Part shown: positions 19,496 through 30,422 of the stretch, one piece after another
Position numbering within the stretch: position 1 is the first letter of the stretch
How the letters are laid out: each line of letters opens with the position of its first letter
NCBI GenBank assembly: GCA_963745025.1
Contig: CAVUWD010000011.1
Span: 384,001 to 448,000 of the forward strand
DNA: 64,000 nucleotides
Origin: an uncultured delta proteobacterium
GTDB lineage: Bacteria > Desulfobacterota > Binatia > JACPRU01
Direction of reading: 5' to 3'
Made by a program: the position numbers and the translations under genes
Notes under the pieces: generated by a model
What the model was told of the DNA's origin: nothing
What the model saw: the letters and a program-made list of their open reading frames with translations, nothing else
Databases searched by the model: none

Positions 19496-21091
19496 CTATT
19501 GGGAAACTGGTCGGCCCCGACCAACGTCGACGGGCTCCAAATACACCGGGGGCTCGCCGAGCATGAGCTTCACCTTCCCGGCTACGACGTCGATGGCTTT
19601 TGCTTCGAAAAAAGCCGGATAGTCCCTCTCGCTCAATTTCCTCTCCGGGGTTTGGAAGTCGAGTCCAAACGTCGGGACCGCCACGGTCGCCCTGATTCGC
19701 GCCGCGCGTACCTCCGGAAGCGGAAGGGTAACCTCGCCTGGCGCCCCCTCCCGGGTGCTCCACGCGACGTAAACGATCTTCTCACCTTTGCGGAACTGGA
19801 AGAGCGAGACGCCTTGAGATCCTGCATCCAGTTTGTGAACGTCCCCAGGATCGAAATCTCGCAGCTTCTCGACGAGGAGCTTATAACTGTAGTAGCTGAG
19901 CTTCTTGACGCCGTTCCCCGGGTCCGGACACGGCAATTGACTCGTCGGATCGCAATCCTCTCCCCTTCTGGCCGGCACGCCGTTGTACATGAGTCCGACG
20001 AAGTTGAAGATGACGTGAGCGTTGCCTTCGTAGGAGCGGTGCTCGAACAAGGTGGACCACGCGATGCGCTTGGCACCCGCCGCAAGATTCGCCACGAAGC
20101 GCTTGACGAGGAACCCGGCCTGGTCAGCCTCGCTCTGCGGCTTGTCCATCAGGTGCTTTCGCTCCTTCAGATCCATGCCGCTGTATGTCGCCCCCGCACG
20201 AATCACGAAGTCTTTCCTCCCATGACCTTCCGCGCCGAGGAAGCCGTAGAAGTCACGGACGCCGAAACCCTTCGCATTCCGTTCATACCCATCTGAGGTT
20301 CCGAACCAGTGCGATTCGAAGCAATCGAACGGTTCGGAGGCAAGCGGCGTGGAACGGAGTAGACGGAAAACGGATCGGTAGAATTCGACGTCGCCGCCAC
20401 CCTTGACCGGAGTGAACTTGCTCGAGGACCCCGCTAGAACGATCTGTGAACGCGGCGACGATTTCCGCAAGATTTCGGCTGAATCCAGCGCCAGATCCGC
20501 ATAGGCGCGAGCGGCCCCCTTCTTGCCAAAGCTTTGGTTGTAGTCGGCCTTGACCTCATTGTACACGCTCCACCGCACGACGAACCAGTCAGGATTTCCG
20601 GAGTGTTTTCGCCCACTGGCGTTCAAGAAAGCCACGAGAGCGGCGAGATAGTCGCGGTAGGATTGGCGAGAGCGCGGGCCTGCAGGCAGGTACGTCTTGC
20701 CATCGCGCCGCAGCTGGCCGTCACGGAAGCGATGAAGCGAGACGGGGTTAATGACGATCCACAAGCGAGCCCGTCCCTTGCCGACGATGGTTTCGACCAG
20801 CCTTTCGACCTCGGCGAAATCGTAGGCGGGTGCCAGGCATTCCTCGTCCTTACAGGTCTCGGCCTGTTTTCGGAAGGCCGAACCGACGACGAACCCCGCG
20901 CGCCCGCCGGTCTCGCTCAATCCGAGATCGTGCAGCACGACAGGCAATGCCTGCCGCTCACTCTCCGTGAAATACGCATTACTCAGCCCGAACGGGATCT
21001 CCACGAGACCGGTCGGGCTCGTCGACTCGAGCGCTCGGGCTTCGGGAGGGCGACCCATTCCCGCGAGGACCGTGAGCAACAAGACGAGCAT
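19496..21091 (-). CDS. Secreted glycoside-hydrolase-like (GH-A TIM barrel) protein; start uncertain
   Basis: Hydrophobic signal-like N-terminus; WSVYNE acid/base-like motif; FDCFESHWFG; C-terminal beta domain. Confidence 0.55.
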   Translation of the reverse strand: MLVLLLTVLAGMGRPPEARALESTSPTGLVEIPFGLSNAYFTESERQALPVVLHDLGLSETGGRAGFVVGSAFRKQAETCKDEECLAPAYDFAEVERLVETIVGKGRARLWIVINPVSLHRFRDGQLRRDGKTYLPAGPRSRQSYRDYLAALVAFLNASGRKHSGNPDWFVVRWSVYNEVKADYNQSFGKKGAARAYADLALDSAEILRKSSPRSQIVLAGSSSKFTPVKGGGDVEFYRSVFRLLRSTPLASEPFDCFESHWFGTSDGYERNAKGFGVRDFYGFLGAEGHGRKDFVIRAGATYSGMDLKERKHLMDKPQSEADQAGFLVKRFVANLAAGAKRIAWSTLFEHRSYEGNAHVIFNFVGLMYNGVPARRGEDCDPTSQLPCPDPGNGVKKLSYYSYKLLVEKLRDFDPGDVHKLDAGSQGVSLFQFRKGEKIVYVAWSTREGAPGEVTLPLPEVRAARIRATVAVPTFGLDFQTPERKLSERDYPAFFEAKAIDVVAGKVKLMLGEPPVYLEPVDVGRGRPVSQ

Positions 21092-21479
21092 GAATCGGAA
21101 GGGATCCGTGATCGTCACCCTCGTGTACCATCTCACACGCACCTCTCTGAAATCGGAGCGGTACCCTACGAAGCCTATCGACGCGCCTGCACGGGCTCGG
21201 CTCCAACGGGCGACGGCCGGAAAGGCGGCGCGCCCCCTGGGGCTCTCCGGATTTTCTTCGTACCCAGGATGCAGGACTACTTTAGTGGCCGGGCCAGGAT
21301 GCATAGACGGGGATCCTCGTCGCGTATGGGGCGACCTTGTTCTCAACGCGGTGCTCACCGGCGTGCATACCATTGTCGGAAGTGTAGAAGTAGAAGGTAG
21401 CCGGTACTAGCGCCCGAAATCGACGTGGCTAGAGGACCCCTGCCAATTGCGGGGATGCGGCCGAATCTCGTGTAGGCCC

Positions 21480-21665
21480 ATGCGAGCCGCGGAAAGCGGA
21501 GCGTATGCCAGTTTTCAGGACTATCAACAGTTCATCGTGCCCTTGGCGGATGCGGAAGCGGCAGGCACCGACTTTGCCGGAAGTGTCGGGTGCGGCAACC
21601 AAAGCGCCCAGTGCCTGCGCGCCACGTCAGCTAATACCCTCGTCAACGCGCAGCCAGGTAACCTC
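21480..21665 (+). pseudogene. Type-B carboxylesterase internal fragment
   Basis: ESGAY...LADAEAAGTDFAGSVGC...AQCLRA resembles the post-nucleophile region; no GESAG or N-terminus. Confidence 0.45.
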
Positions 21666-21775
21666 TATCAACGCTCCGGCCGATGCGAAAGGCGCCCCAG
21701 CTTCGAGAGGCTTGACTGCGCTTCGGTCTTGAAATGACGCGCTGAGCGGCGCTTGGTCTACACGCGAGCCCGGTA

Positions 21776-23116
21776 ATGGAGAAGCCCAAGGCATATGACA
21801 TCGCGGTGGTCGGCGGCGGGCCCGCGGGAGTGATTGCCGGCCGCGGGCTCGCCGCGCTCGGCCATCGCGTCGTCGTCTTCGTTCACCCGCGCCGTCATTC
21901 CGCGATCGAGGGGGTCTCCGAGCGAACGGCGAACGCCCTCCGTCTGGCGAGCTGCGAGGAGGCGCTCGGGATGCTCGGGCAGGCCCTTCCCCGCTTCTCG
22001 AGCTGGAACGGTGCGACGGTGGAGAGTGGCACAGAGCACCTGGTCGAGCGCAGGCGCCTCGACGAGGCTCTCCGCCGGGACGCCGAGCGAGCCGGGGTTC
22101 ACGTCGTCGAAGCGCGCTGCGACGGCTGGGAGGAGAGCGAGCGTGGCTGCCGCCTCGCCGCCCGACGAACGACGGGTAAGGCCCTCGTGACCGAGGCGGG
22201 CTTCGTGGTCGAGGCCCGCGGGCGCGCCGCGCCGCTCGACCGCGCGAGCGCCGTGCGGGGGCCCGCAAGCACCGCGCTCGCCCGTTCGTGGACGGCGCCC
22301 GGTTCCATCCGCGGCAGCGCCCTCGCTTCCTTCGAGCGCGGCTGGTGCTGGCTCGCCGCGCCGGAGACGGGGCCGGCCAACGTCCAGATCGTCGTCTCGA
22401 CCGAATCCGCCGAGTTCCTCTCGCGCCGCCGCCTCGAGGATTCCTACGAGTCGCTGCTTCGCGAGATCCCCGAGGCGCAGCAGTGGCTCGAGGGAGCGAG
22501 ACCTTGCTCCCCGGTCCGCGCTCGCGACGCCACGCCGATCCTTGGCGGCCGCCTGGTCTCGCCGCGGTCGCTACGCGTCGGCGATGCGGCCTTCGCAGTG
22601 GATCCGCTCTCAGGCCAGGGAATCTTCGAGGCGGTCGCGACGGGGCTCGCCGCCGTGCCCGTCGTGAACACGCTCCTGCGGCGAGCTCAGGATTGCTCCC
22701 TTGCCGAGGACTTCTACCGGCGGCGGATCGAGGAGACTTTTCTGCGCCTGGCACGCGCCGGCCGCGACTCGTACCGGGCGGAGCGGAGGTGGGACGACTC
22801 GCCCTTCTGGGGCGAGCGCCGCGCTTGGCCAGACGACGAGCCCGGGCGGGCGGCCGCCGGACCGGCCTTGGTGCAGACCGTCGCGGTCTCCGAGGATGGC
22901 TACGTCGTCTCGCGAAGAGCCGTCGTCACGCCCGATCACCCTCGCGGCGTGTGGCGGCTCGACGACGTCGAACTCGTCCCGCTTCTCGAGTTCGCCGAAG
23001 CGCGCCGCGGCGAAGCGGAGCAGGACGTCGCCGCCGCCTACGCGGCGCGCTCTGGCCCGCCGCGCCCGTCGGTCGACCGCGCGCTCTCGTGGCTCCGCCA
23101 CCGGGGCCTCATCTGA
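21776..23116 (+). CDS. qhpG: FAD-dependent monooxygenase for CTQ biosynthesis
   Basis: GGGPAG; VGDAAFAVDPLSGQGIF; position at the end of the qhp cluster. Confidence 0.85.
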   Translation: MEKPKAYDIAVVGGGPAGVIAGRGLAALGHRVVVFVHPRRHSAIEGVSERTANALRLASCEEALGMLGQALPRFSSWNGATVESGTEHLVERRRLDEALRRDAERAGVHVVEARCDGWEESERGCRLAARRTTGKALVTEAGFVVEARGRAAPLDRASAVRGPASTALARSWTAPGSIRGSALASFERGWCWLAAPETGPANVQIVVSTESAEFLSRRRLEDSYESLLREIPEAQQWLEGARPCSPVRARDATPILGGRLVSPRSLRVGDAAFAVDPLSGQGIFEAVATGLAAVPVVNTLLRRAQDCSLAEDFYRRRIEETFLRLARAGRDSYRAERRWDDSPFWGERRAWPDDEPGRAAAGPALVQTVAVSEDGYVVSRRAVVTPDHPRGVWRLDDVELVPLLEFAEARRGEAEQDVAAAYAARSGPPRPSVDRALSWLRHRGLI

Positions 23117-23813
23117 TCGTCTCTCCGCTCGCCGGGGCGCCGCCGCGCCGCTCGGGGCCCCGATGGCGGGCGGCGGTCTCGAGGAATCGCGCGACCGCCG
23201 CGGCGTCGGCCTCCGGCCGCTCCGCGAGAAAGGCCGCGGCCCTCCCGGTCAGTTGGGCGACGGCCGCGCTGGCCCCGCGGACGCGCGCATCGCTGGTCTG
23301 CGGGCAGGCGCCGAAGTCCGCTTGCGCGCTTCCCAGAAAAGACACGTCCCCCGGAGCGCAGCGCGCGTCTCCCGAGACGCGGATCACGCCCGGATACGCG
23401 GCCGGAAACACGGCGGGGCCTCGGGCGGGGGCCGCAGCCAGAAGAATTGCACCTGCGGCCTGCGCCGCCGCGCACGCCGCGCGCAGCACATCGCGGTCGC
23501 TCCGCACCCCGAAGCTCATGTTGACGAGCCGCGCCCCCTGCTCGACCACCCAGCCGAGGGCGGCGGCGACGACGGCGGGCGGCGCTTCCATCCTGCGATG
23601 GAAGACCTGGGCGCTCGCGATCCTCGCCGTCGGAGCCGCGACAAGGATCGTACGGGCGACCGAGGATCCGTGGCCGATCGCGTCGGCGCTCGCCGGGCGG
23701 CGCTCGATTCGTTCGCCGTCGCCGAGCACGAAGGCGCTTTGGACTGCGACGCAATCGCCGAGCTCGCTCGCCACGCCGCTGTCGAGCAGGCCGACGAGGA
23801 CCTCGCCGCTCAC
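23109..23813 (-). CDS. qhpE: Subtilisin-like S8 protease removing the QhpC leader
   Basis: Short S8 with GLLDSG / GHGSSVA / GASAA triad motifs; cluster context. Confidence 0.88.
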   Translation of the reverse strand: MSGEVLVGLLDSGVASELGDCVAVQSAFVLGDGERIERRPASADAIGHGSSVARTILVAAPTARIASAQVFHRRMEAPPAVVAAALGWVVEQGARLVNMSFGVRSDRDVLRAACAAAQAAGAILLAAAPARGPAVFPAAYPGVIRVSGDARCAPGDVSFLGSAQADFGACPQTSDARVRGASAAVAQLTGRAAAFLAERPEADAAAVARFLETAARHRGPERRGGAPASGETIR

Positions 23814-25534
23814 GCGCGCGCTCCGGCCTCGCCGGTCGGTCGCGGCACGAGCTTCCCGTCGACCAGCTCGAGCAGCCGGTCGGCTCCCGCGAGCGCCTCT
23901 GCGTGATGGCTGATGACGATCCGGGTCACGGGGAAGAGCCTGTCGATGGCGGCGACGATGCGCGCCTGCGCCGGAGCATCGACCGCGGAGGTGGCTTCGT
24001 CGAGCACCAGCACGAGCGGGCGCTGGAGGAGCGCCCGGGCGATCGCCAGCCGCTGGCGCTGCCCTCCCGAGAGCGCGGCGCCGCGCGGGCCGATCTCGGT
24101 GTCGTAACCGTGCGGCAGGCCGGCCACGAAGCCGCCGAGCTCAGCGAGCGCCGCCGCCGAGCGCACCTCCTCGTCGGTCGCCTCCGGTGCGGCGTAGCGG
24201 ATGTTGTCGGCGATCGTCCCCGAGAGCACGGGCGCATCCTGCGCCACGACGGCGACCCGCCGGCGAAGCTCGCCGAGGTCGAGATCGCGGAGGTCGACGC
24301 CGTCGAGCAGGATCCGCCCGCTCGCCGGGTCGTAGTGGCGGTGAAGAAGGTCGATCAGCGTCGTCTTGCCGGCGCCCGAAGCGCCGACTACGGCCACCTT
24401 CGATCCAGCGGGAACGACGCCGTCGATCGTGTCGAGCAGGCGCTCCGTTCTTCCCTGGTGCGAGAACGTCACGCCTTCGAAGCGAATCTCGCCGCGAGCG
24501 TCCGCGGGAAGCGGCCGCGGGTGAGCGGGCGGCTCGACCGCGGTCGGCTCGTCGAGGAGCTCGCGCACGCGCTCGGCGCTGACGCGCGCGCGGCGGGCCG
24601 CCACGTAGACCCCGAGGAGCGTCTGCACGGGCGCCGTGGCCCGGGTGAGATAGGCGGAGAAGGCGATGAGACCGCCGAGCGAGAGCCGGCCGCGGGCGAC
24701 GAGAACGGCGCCCGCCACGAACACCGCCGCCGTCGAAGCCGTCACCATGAGGCCGGGCACGGCACCGGTCGCGAACTGCGTCATCTGAAGACGGAGGAGG
24801 TCGTCGAGAAAGCTCCGGTTGAGCGACGAGAGCCGGATCGCCTCGCGCTCCTCGGCTGCCACCGACTGAACGAGCTTCATGGCTCCCAGCGTCTCGACGA
24901 GAAAGACGGTGATCGCCGAGGCGCGGCGGCGCACGGCGCGGGTACGCTCCTCGATCGAGCGGCGCATGCCGCGCAGGAACAGCACCTCCGCCGGCAGAAG
25001 CGCGAGCGCGAGCAGCGAGAGCGCCGGGCTCAGCACGACCAGGAAGCCGAGCGCCCCGGCGAGCATGATCACGGCGTTCGCCGAGGAGAGTAGCGGATCG
25101 ATGGCAAAGCGCTGGATCTCGGCCACGTCGCCGTCGAGCCGCGCGAGCAGCTCCCCCGGCGCCGTACGGGCATAGAAGGCCGGCGACAGTCGCTCGAGGT
25201 GGCGATAGACCGACTCGCGCAGCGCAAACAGCACGCGGGCCGAGAGCGACACGTATTGCCACTGGTTGGCGGCCCCGAGCGCCGTCGCCAGGACGGCGGC
25301 GGCGAGGATCAGCGCGGCAACACGCGCGACCACGTCGACGCGCGCGTGCAGCAGGCCATCGTCGATCAGCAGCTTCGTCAGGTAGGGCTGCACGAGCGCC
25401 AGCGCGGAGCTCGCGAGCGCGAGGGCGAGCACGAGCACGAGCCGCCGAGCGTGCGGACGGACGTAGCCGAAGAGCCAGCGGAGGTCATCGCCGCGGGGGC
25501 CCGCTTGCGGCTCTCGAGACCCCCCGCGGCTCAA
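23810..25534 (-). CDS. qhpF: ABC exporter (TMD+NBD) for QhpC
   Basis: GASGAGKT, LSGGQRQR, LVLDEATS; cluster context. Confidence 0.88.
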   Translation of the reverse strand: MSRGGSREPQAGPRGDDLRWLFGYVRPHARRLVLVLALALASSALALVQPYLTKLLIDDGLLHARVDVVARVAALILAAAVLATALGAANQWQYVSLSARVLFALRESVYRHLERLSPAFYARTAPGELLARLDGDVAEIQRFAIDPLLSSANAVIMLAGALGFLVVLSPALSLLALALLPAEVLFLRGMRRSIEERTRAVRRRASAITVFLVETLGAMKLVQSVAAEEREAIRLSSLNRSFLDDLLRLQMTQFATGAVPGLMVTASTAAVFVAGAVLVARGRLSLGGLIAFSAYLTRATAPVQTLLGVYVAARRARVSAERVRELLDEPTAVEPPAHPRPLPADARGEIRFEGVTFSHQGRTERLLDTIDGVVPAGSKVAVVGASGAGKTTLIDLLHRHYDPASGRILLDGVDLRDLDLGELRRRVAVVAQDAPVLSGTIADNIRYAAPEATDEEVRSAAALAELGGFVAGLPHGYDTEIGPRGAALSGGQRQRLAIARALLQRPLVLVLDEATSAVDAPAQARIVAAIDRLFPVTRIVISHHAEALAGADRLLELVDGKLVPRPTGEAGARA

Positions 25535-25553
25535 TTGCCCGCTCCGAGGAGCC

Positions 25554-26669
25554 TCAGCGCCGGATCAGCCGCAGCGAGGCCGTCGCCTGATCCCCGCCCC
25601 CCGGCAGCCGGATGATGGCGAGCCGCTTCAGCGAATCGGTGGAATACACGCCGATTTGGTCCATGGCGCCTCCGAGGTAGACCTCCCGCCCGTCGCTCGA
25701 GATGTTGATCGCGTAGTAGGTGTGGTCGACGTCGATGCGCTTCACGACCTTGTGGCTCCGGCGGTCGAGCTTCGTGAGGGTCGCGTAGACGAGGAAGACC
25801 TCGTCCCGCCGGATCGGGTTCACGACTCCCGAGAAGATCACCTTGGTGGTGTTCTCGAAATCCTCCATCGCGAACTCGCCGCTCGCGAGATCCAGACTGA
25901 GGAGGCCGGTACGCGCCGCGCCGGGGTCCGTCGGCGGAACGTCGCTGCGCATCACGTTGTAGGGTGAGACCAGAATCCCGGAGGCCTCCCACTGCGGCCA
26001 CATGTCGAGCACGTCGGGTTCGCCGTATCCCGGGCGCCCCCAGTGCCGCACCTCGTGCCGGCCGAGCACGGTGCCGGTCGCCGGGTCGAGGACGAGCAGG
26101 TCCCAGCCGAGCGCGTAGAGCTTCGAGCCGTCGCGCGAGAATGCGAGGAGCGAGGTACGCCGGGGACCGGGCAACACGCGCGCCGGCTTTGCCGCCATTC
26201 CGTCCGCGGTGCGGTAGACGGCGATGCGGGTGTCCTTCACGTGGTACTCGTCGGGCGCGAGCTCCACGGGCGATTGGAAGGCGTAGAGCTCCTTGCCGTC
26301 CGGGCTGATCTCCGCGACGATCGCCTTGACGCGCTCCGCCGTGACGCGCTCCGACGGCGGCGTCGAGAAGTCGGCGCGGAACACCTCCTGTCCGCTGTCG
26401 AGGTCGATGCCGACGATGCTCTCCCAGCGGTTGACGACGACGTAGGCGACCTTCCCGTCGGGCGAGGGAACGATGAACCCCGGGCCAGGCGCGCCGTCGC
26501 GCAGCGTGTAGGTGCGCTCGACCTTACGCGCCGCGACGTCGACGAGCACGAGCTTGTCGGGCTTGACGCCCGCAAGCAGAAAGTCTTTGGCGGCCGCCGG
26601 CGCCGAAGACGCCGCCAGCGCGGTCACACAGAGGAAAATACCGAGCCGCTGCGAGCATGCGCGAATCAT
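25554..26669 (-). CDS. qhpB: Quinohemoprotein amine dehydrogenase beta subunit (beta-propeller)
   Basis: Signal peptide; [19 protein letters not shown]; LPGGGDQ. Confidence 0.92.
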   Translation of the reverse strand: MIRACSQRLGIFLCVTALAASSAPAAAKDFLLAGVKPDKLVLVDVAARKVERTYTLRDGAPGPGFIVPSPDGKVAYVVVNRWESIVGIDLDSGQEVFRADFSTPPSERVTAERVKAIVAEISPDGKELYAFQSPVELAPDEYHVKDTRIAVYRTADGMAAKPARVLPGPRRTSLLAFSRDGSKLYALGWDLLVLDPATGTVLGRHEVRHWGRPGYGEPDVLDMWPQWEASGILVSPYNVMRSDVPPTDPGAARTGLLSLDLASGEFAMEDFENTTKVIFSGVVNPIRRDEVFLVYATLTKLDRRSHKVVKRIDVDHTYYAINISSDGREVYLGGAMDQIGVYSTDSLKRLAIIRLPGGGDQATASLRLIRR

Positions 26670-26989
26670 CGCTTGGGGAAGACCTCCGCGAGACGCCGCC
26701 AGTCGCGCTGCGCCGACTCGGCGCCCTTGTTCCAGTCCGGGTAGCTGTTGAGCGTGTCGGGCACCTGCGCGGGCCACCAGCAGGGGTCGGAGCACCCGTA
26801 GAGGTCGGCCTCCATCGGCTGGCAGAGGCTCGCCACGCCGCCGAAGGGGTCGACCTCCCAGCCGGGATCGAAGGTCGCGGTGCAGCCGGCCGGCACGGTC
26901 TGCATCAGGCGCACCTCGTCGAGCTTTCCCTGCTCGGCGAGGCGCACCAGGTGCCGGGCCTTCGCGTTCAGCGGCTTCAGGTGCCTCAT
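26666..26989 (-). CDS. qhpC: Quinohemoprotein amine dehydrogenase gamma subunit (CTQ precursor)
   Basis: Leader MRHLKPLN; [37 protein letters not shown]. Confidence 0.97.
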   Translation of the reverse strand: MRHLKPLNAKARHLVRLAEQGKLDEVRLMQTVPAGCTATFDPGWEVDPFGGVASLCQPMEADLYGCSDPCWWPAQVPDTLNSYPDWNKGAESAQRDWRRLAEVFPKR

Positions 26990-28416
26990 CGGTCTCTCCT
27001 CCTCGGCTCGACGTGACGCTCGAAGAAGCCCGGGTTCGCGGCCGTGATTCGGGCGTAGACGCCGACGCCGAAGTCCACCCAGTCGCGCAGGATGTCGCAG
27101 TAGTGAGCGACCGGGTGAAGCGGGTCGCCGTAGCGCGCGTACGACTCGTGGTAGCAGCCGCCGGAGCAGAGGTTGCGGATGCGGCAGGTTTCGCACGGTC
27201 GTCCGCTTCGGTCCTGGGCGCCGTCGAGAAACGCCCCGAGCCGTTCATGGTCGACGCCGTGCTCGACGTCCCCGAAGCGAGGCAGGCTCGAGCCCGTGAA
27301 GCGATGGCACAAGTTGAGACCGCCCTCGCGGTCTACGGCGAGCATGCCGACGCCCGCGCCGCAGGGAAGCGACTTCGCGCGCCCTTCGTAAAGATCGGTC
27401 ATGAGCTGATGCATGTTCCCGAAGCCGATGTTCTCGTCGCGGATCGCCGCGCGCCCGTACTCCTCGCCGAGCCGCTTCATGCCGTCGAATACGGCGACGA
27501 GATCCTCGTCGGAAAGCCGGAACGAGGCGGAGGCGCCCGAGGTGACCGGCGCGAAGCCGACCTCGAAGAATCCGATCTCCTCCCGCAGGTGGCGATGGAT
27601 GAGCACGACGTCGGTGACGCCTCGCGTGAGCGTGACCCGCGCGCCGACCGGGCGGGAGCGGTAGCGGGAGAGAAGCTTGCGCACGTTCCGCGCGACGACG
27701 TCGTAGGTTCCAATCCCGCCCACCGTCAGGCGGTTCCGGTCGTGGAGCGCCTTCGGTCCATCCATGCTCACCGTGAGGCCGAAGCGGTGCTCGTCGAAGT
27801 ACTCGACGAGCGGGTCCGAGAGCAGGGTGGCGTTCGTCGTCAGGCTGAAGTCGACGGCCTTGCCCGCTTCGGCCGCCCGCTTCTTGGCGTAGGCGACGAC
27901 GTCGCGGATGAGCGGCATGGCGGTGAGCGGCTCGCCGCCGAAGAACACCACGTTGACGCTCGGGCGCTCCGCCGCCTCGCGCAGCAGCAGCTCGAAGGCC
28001 CCGATCGCGGTGTCTAGGCTCATGCGCTGGCCCTCGGCGGGCGCGGCGAGATCCTCCTTGTAGCAGTACGTGCAGCTCAGGTTGCAGCCGGTGTTGACGT
28101 TGAGCACGATCGTGCTGAGCGGGGTAGCGCGCACGTGCATGGGCGCGCGCTCGGGCCAGCCCGGCGCGCCGCCGCCGACGATTCCGAGACCGCGGAGCTC
28201 GCCGAGCGCCTCGGCGATCTCGTCGGGGGTGGCGCGGCCATCGAAGCGGCGCCTCAGCTCGTCCTCGGTGACGGCGCGCTTTCCCCGGAAGAGATCGAGC
28301 AGCTCCGCGGTCACGGCGTCGAGTTCGAAGAGGCTCGTCGTCGGCACGTGGAAGAGCAGGCGTCCGCCGTCCACGTCGATCTCGCGTACGTCCGATTCTC
28401 GCAGCTCGAGCGTCAT
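26986..28416 (-). CDS. qhpD: Radical SAM/SPASM thioether-forming maturase
   Basis: CNLSCTYC; GGEP; SPASM cysteines CGAG...LCHRF...CETC..NLCSGGC. Confidence 0.95.
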   Translation of the reverse strand: MTLELRESDVREIDVDGGRLLFHVPTTSLFELDAVTAELLDLFRGKRAVTEDELRRRFDGRATPDEIAEALGELRGLGIVGGGAPGWPERAPMHVRATPLSTIVLNVNTGCNLSCTYCYKEDLAAPAEGQRMSLDTAIGAFELLLREAAERPSVNVVFFGGEPLTAMPLIRDVVAYAKKRAAEAGKAVDFSLTTNATLLSDPLVEYFDEHRFGLTVSMDGPKALHDRNRLTVGGIGTYDVVARNVRKLLSRYRSRPVGARVTLTRGVTDVVLIHRHLREEIGFFEVGFAPVTSGASASFRLSDEDLVAVFDGMKRLGEEYGRAAIRDENIGFGNMHQLMTDLYEGRAKSLPCGAGVGMLAVDREGGLNLCHRFTGSSLPRFGDVEHGVDHERLGAFLDGAQDRSGRPCETCRIRNLCSGGCYHESYARYGDPLHPVAHYCDILRDWVDFGVGVYARITAANPGFFERHVEPRRRDR

Positions 28417-28535
28417 CAGGCGGCTCTCTCTAATTTACTCAGCGCAGCGTCGCTGCAACCGAAACGCACGACGGCGACGCTGCCTCGTATCTCATACCTT
28501 CATCAAAAAACGAGAATTCCTACCGTAGTCGTAGC

Positions 28536-30107
28536 TCAGCGCAGCGGCGGATCGACCCAGCGCTGCAGCGTGACGATCAGATGGGCGATCCCTTCGACCG
28601 TTCGCCCGCCATCGGCGACCGCGGCTCGGACCGTGAGGTCGCCCGCGTTGTTGGTGTGATAGGGGCGCTCGGGGTTGGGCCCAGCCTCCGCCGGCATGAA
28701 GAGGCCGCCCGGCTCCATGGTGCCCGCGTACTTTGCGTCCTTCAGCTTCGCGGCTGCCTTGTCGAAGCCGACGACGGACCAGCGCGCCTTCATCGCCCCG
28801 AGGCGCACGTCGTCTTCGGTGCCGGGCTTGCCGTCGGGTCCGTCGAGGTACGCGACCGCATCGAACTGGGCCGGGACCGGCGCCTTCGCGCCACCCCCGC
28901 CGCCCACGCGAGCGATCGCGTAGGGGGGCTCCACGCGCACGGAGTCGATCTTCTCATAGACCGCGAAGAGGCCGCGAGCCTGGGCCTTCCCGACCGCCAC
29001 CTCGCGCCGGCCGGCCGCCGCGCCGCGCGTGGCGCGAGCGAGCACGCGCACCGTGTCGGCGGTCGCCTCGCGGCCCTCGATCTCAACGCCGTCGCCGAGG
29101 CTCACATCGCCGGCGAGGCCGACTCCATGGATCGACACCTCGGTCCGCTCACCGCTCCGCAGGAAGGAGGGCTCGACCGCGAGGATTCGCGGCTCGCCGC
29201 CGTCGCGCACGCCGCGCAGATCCGCGCCGAGCGAGTCGCTGTCGACGAGGAACGAGCGACCCGAAAGCTCTTTGCCGTCTTCGGAAAGCGCCAGCACCTG
29301 CGACACGTTCTCATTTCCGAGCTCGAGGCTCCCCCGCCACTCGTAGCCCGTGTAGACGATGGCGCTCCCCTTACCCGAGGCCTTGGTGCCATCGGCGTAG
29401 CGGACCTCGAGCGACACCGCGTACTCGTCGGCCGCCGAGCGGGTGACCGACATGCGCCCCTCGTAGTCTCCCTTGCCGGGACGATGGCCCACGACCCGCC
29501 ACGAGCCCGAAAAATCCGCCTTCTCGTGCCGTTGCCACTGCGTCCACGCGGGCGTCGACAGCGGGTAGAGAGCGGCGAGGCGATCGGGCACGCGCGTGCT
29601 GGCGATCTCCCACCAGTTACGGTCGCGCCCGCGGGACTGGTACTCGAGGGTCGGCCATTGGCCGAGGTGAAAATGCGCGAGCTTCAGCCACTCCGCCGTC
29701 TCGCGGCGCTCCAGGGCGAACCGCGCGTAGCTGTGACAGCGGCCGCAGACGACGGCGAGCTCCTCGTCGGGCGGCGCCTCGACCACGTCCGTACGGCGCT
29801 CCAGGGCATAGCGAAAGCCGCGTGTCTCTTCGGGAGCGAGCCCCTGCGTGTCGGCAAGGTACTTCACGAGCGCCCGACGTTCCTCGTCGGTGACCTGCAG
29901 GTTGTGGATATGCTGCATGCGCTGGATGTTCATCAACCAGCCTTCGGGGGTCTTCCGCTCCTCGTTGATGCGGCTCAGGCGGACGCCGTCGAGAAGGCGG
30001 TGGCAAGCGCCGCAGCGTGTCCGCAGAAGCTCCGGCGCATCTGCCGCACGCAGTGTGGGCGCGCCGCCGAGCAGCACCGCCACGACGCATGACGCGAGCA
30101 GCCTCAT
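28536..30107 (-). CDS. qhpA: Quinohemoprotein amine dehydrogenase alpha subunit (di-heme c)
   Basis: Signal peptide; CGACH and CGRCH; RKTPEGW, HLGQWPTLEYQ, QRWVDPPLR. Confidence 0.96.
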   Translation of the reverse strand: MRLLASCVVAVLLGGAPTLRAADAPELLRTRCGACHRLLDGVRLSRINEERKTPEGWLMNIQRMQHIHNLQVTDEERRALVKYLADTQGLAPEETRGFRYALERRTDVVEAPPDEELAVVCGRCHSYARFALERRETAEWLKLAHFHLGQWPTLEYQSRGRDRNWWEIASTRVPDRLAALYPLSTPAWTQWQRHEKADFSGSWRVVGHRPGKGDYEGRMSVTRSAADEYAVSLEVRYADGTKASGKGSAIVYTGYEWRGSLELGNENVSQVLALSEDGKELSGRSFLVDSDSLGADLRGVRDGGEPRILAVEPSFLRSGERTEVSIHGVGLAGDVSLGDGVEIEGREATADTVRVLARATRGAAAGRREVAVGKAQARGLFAVYEKIDSVRVEPPYAIARVGGGGGAKAPVPAQFDAVAYLDGPDGKPGTEDDVRLGAMKARWSVVGFDKAAAKLKDAKYAGTMEPGGLFMPAEAGPNPERPYHTNNAGDLTVRAAVADGGRTVEGIAHLIVTLQRWVDPPLR

Positions 30108-30160
30108 CTCAGGTCGGCTCTCTAACCCGGCACGCTGGCCGGCCGCAAGGACAATCGCAC

Positions 30161-30418
30161 TGATTCCGTACCTCCCTCGGTCTTCGCCACGACTGCTTCG
30201 GGAAGATGGAGAGCGCGGTCGGTTGTGATCGCCCGTACTCGGGTCGATCACGACCGACCGCAACCGCGCGCAGCGCGGAAGGCAATACACCAGCGTCGAG
30301 AGCTATTGCTTTCCGCGCTGCGCGCGGTGGCTGGATCTTTCGGTCGACCCGAGCACGGGCCGACCGGAAGATCCAGCGCTTCAGGAATTTCCAGCGCGTG
30401 TGGCCAACACTGAGGCAT
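30161..30418. repeat. Three-hairpin element, copy 1 (imperfect terminal inverted repeats)
   Basis: CCTCGGTCTTCGCCAC...GTGGCCAACACTGAGG ends; stems at 30215-30261, 30263-30328, 30330-30377. Confidence 0.9.
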
Positions 30419-30422
30419 TACC

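Noticed and set aside
26670-27248. N-terminal extension of QhpB in the 564-aa ORF
   Set aside because: Overlaps qhpC/qhpD in other frames; the signal peptide begins at ATG 26669
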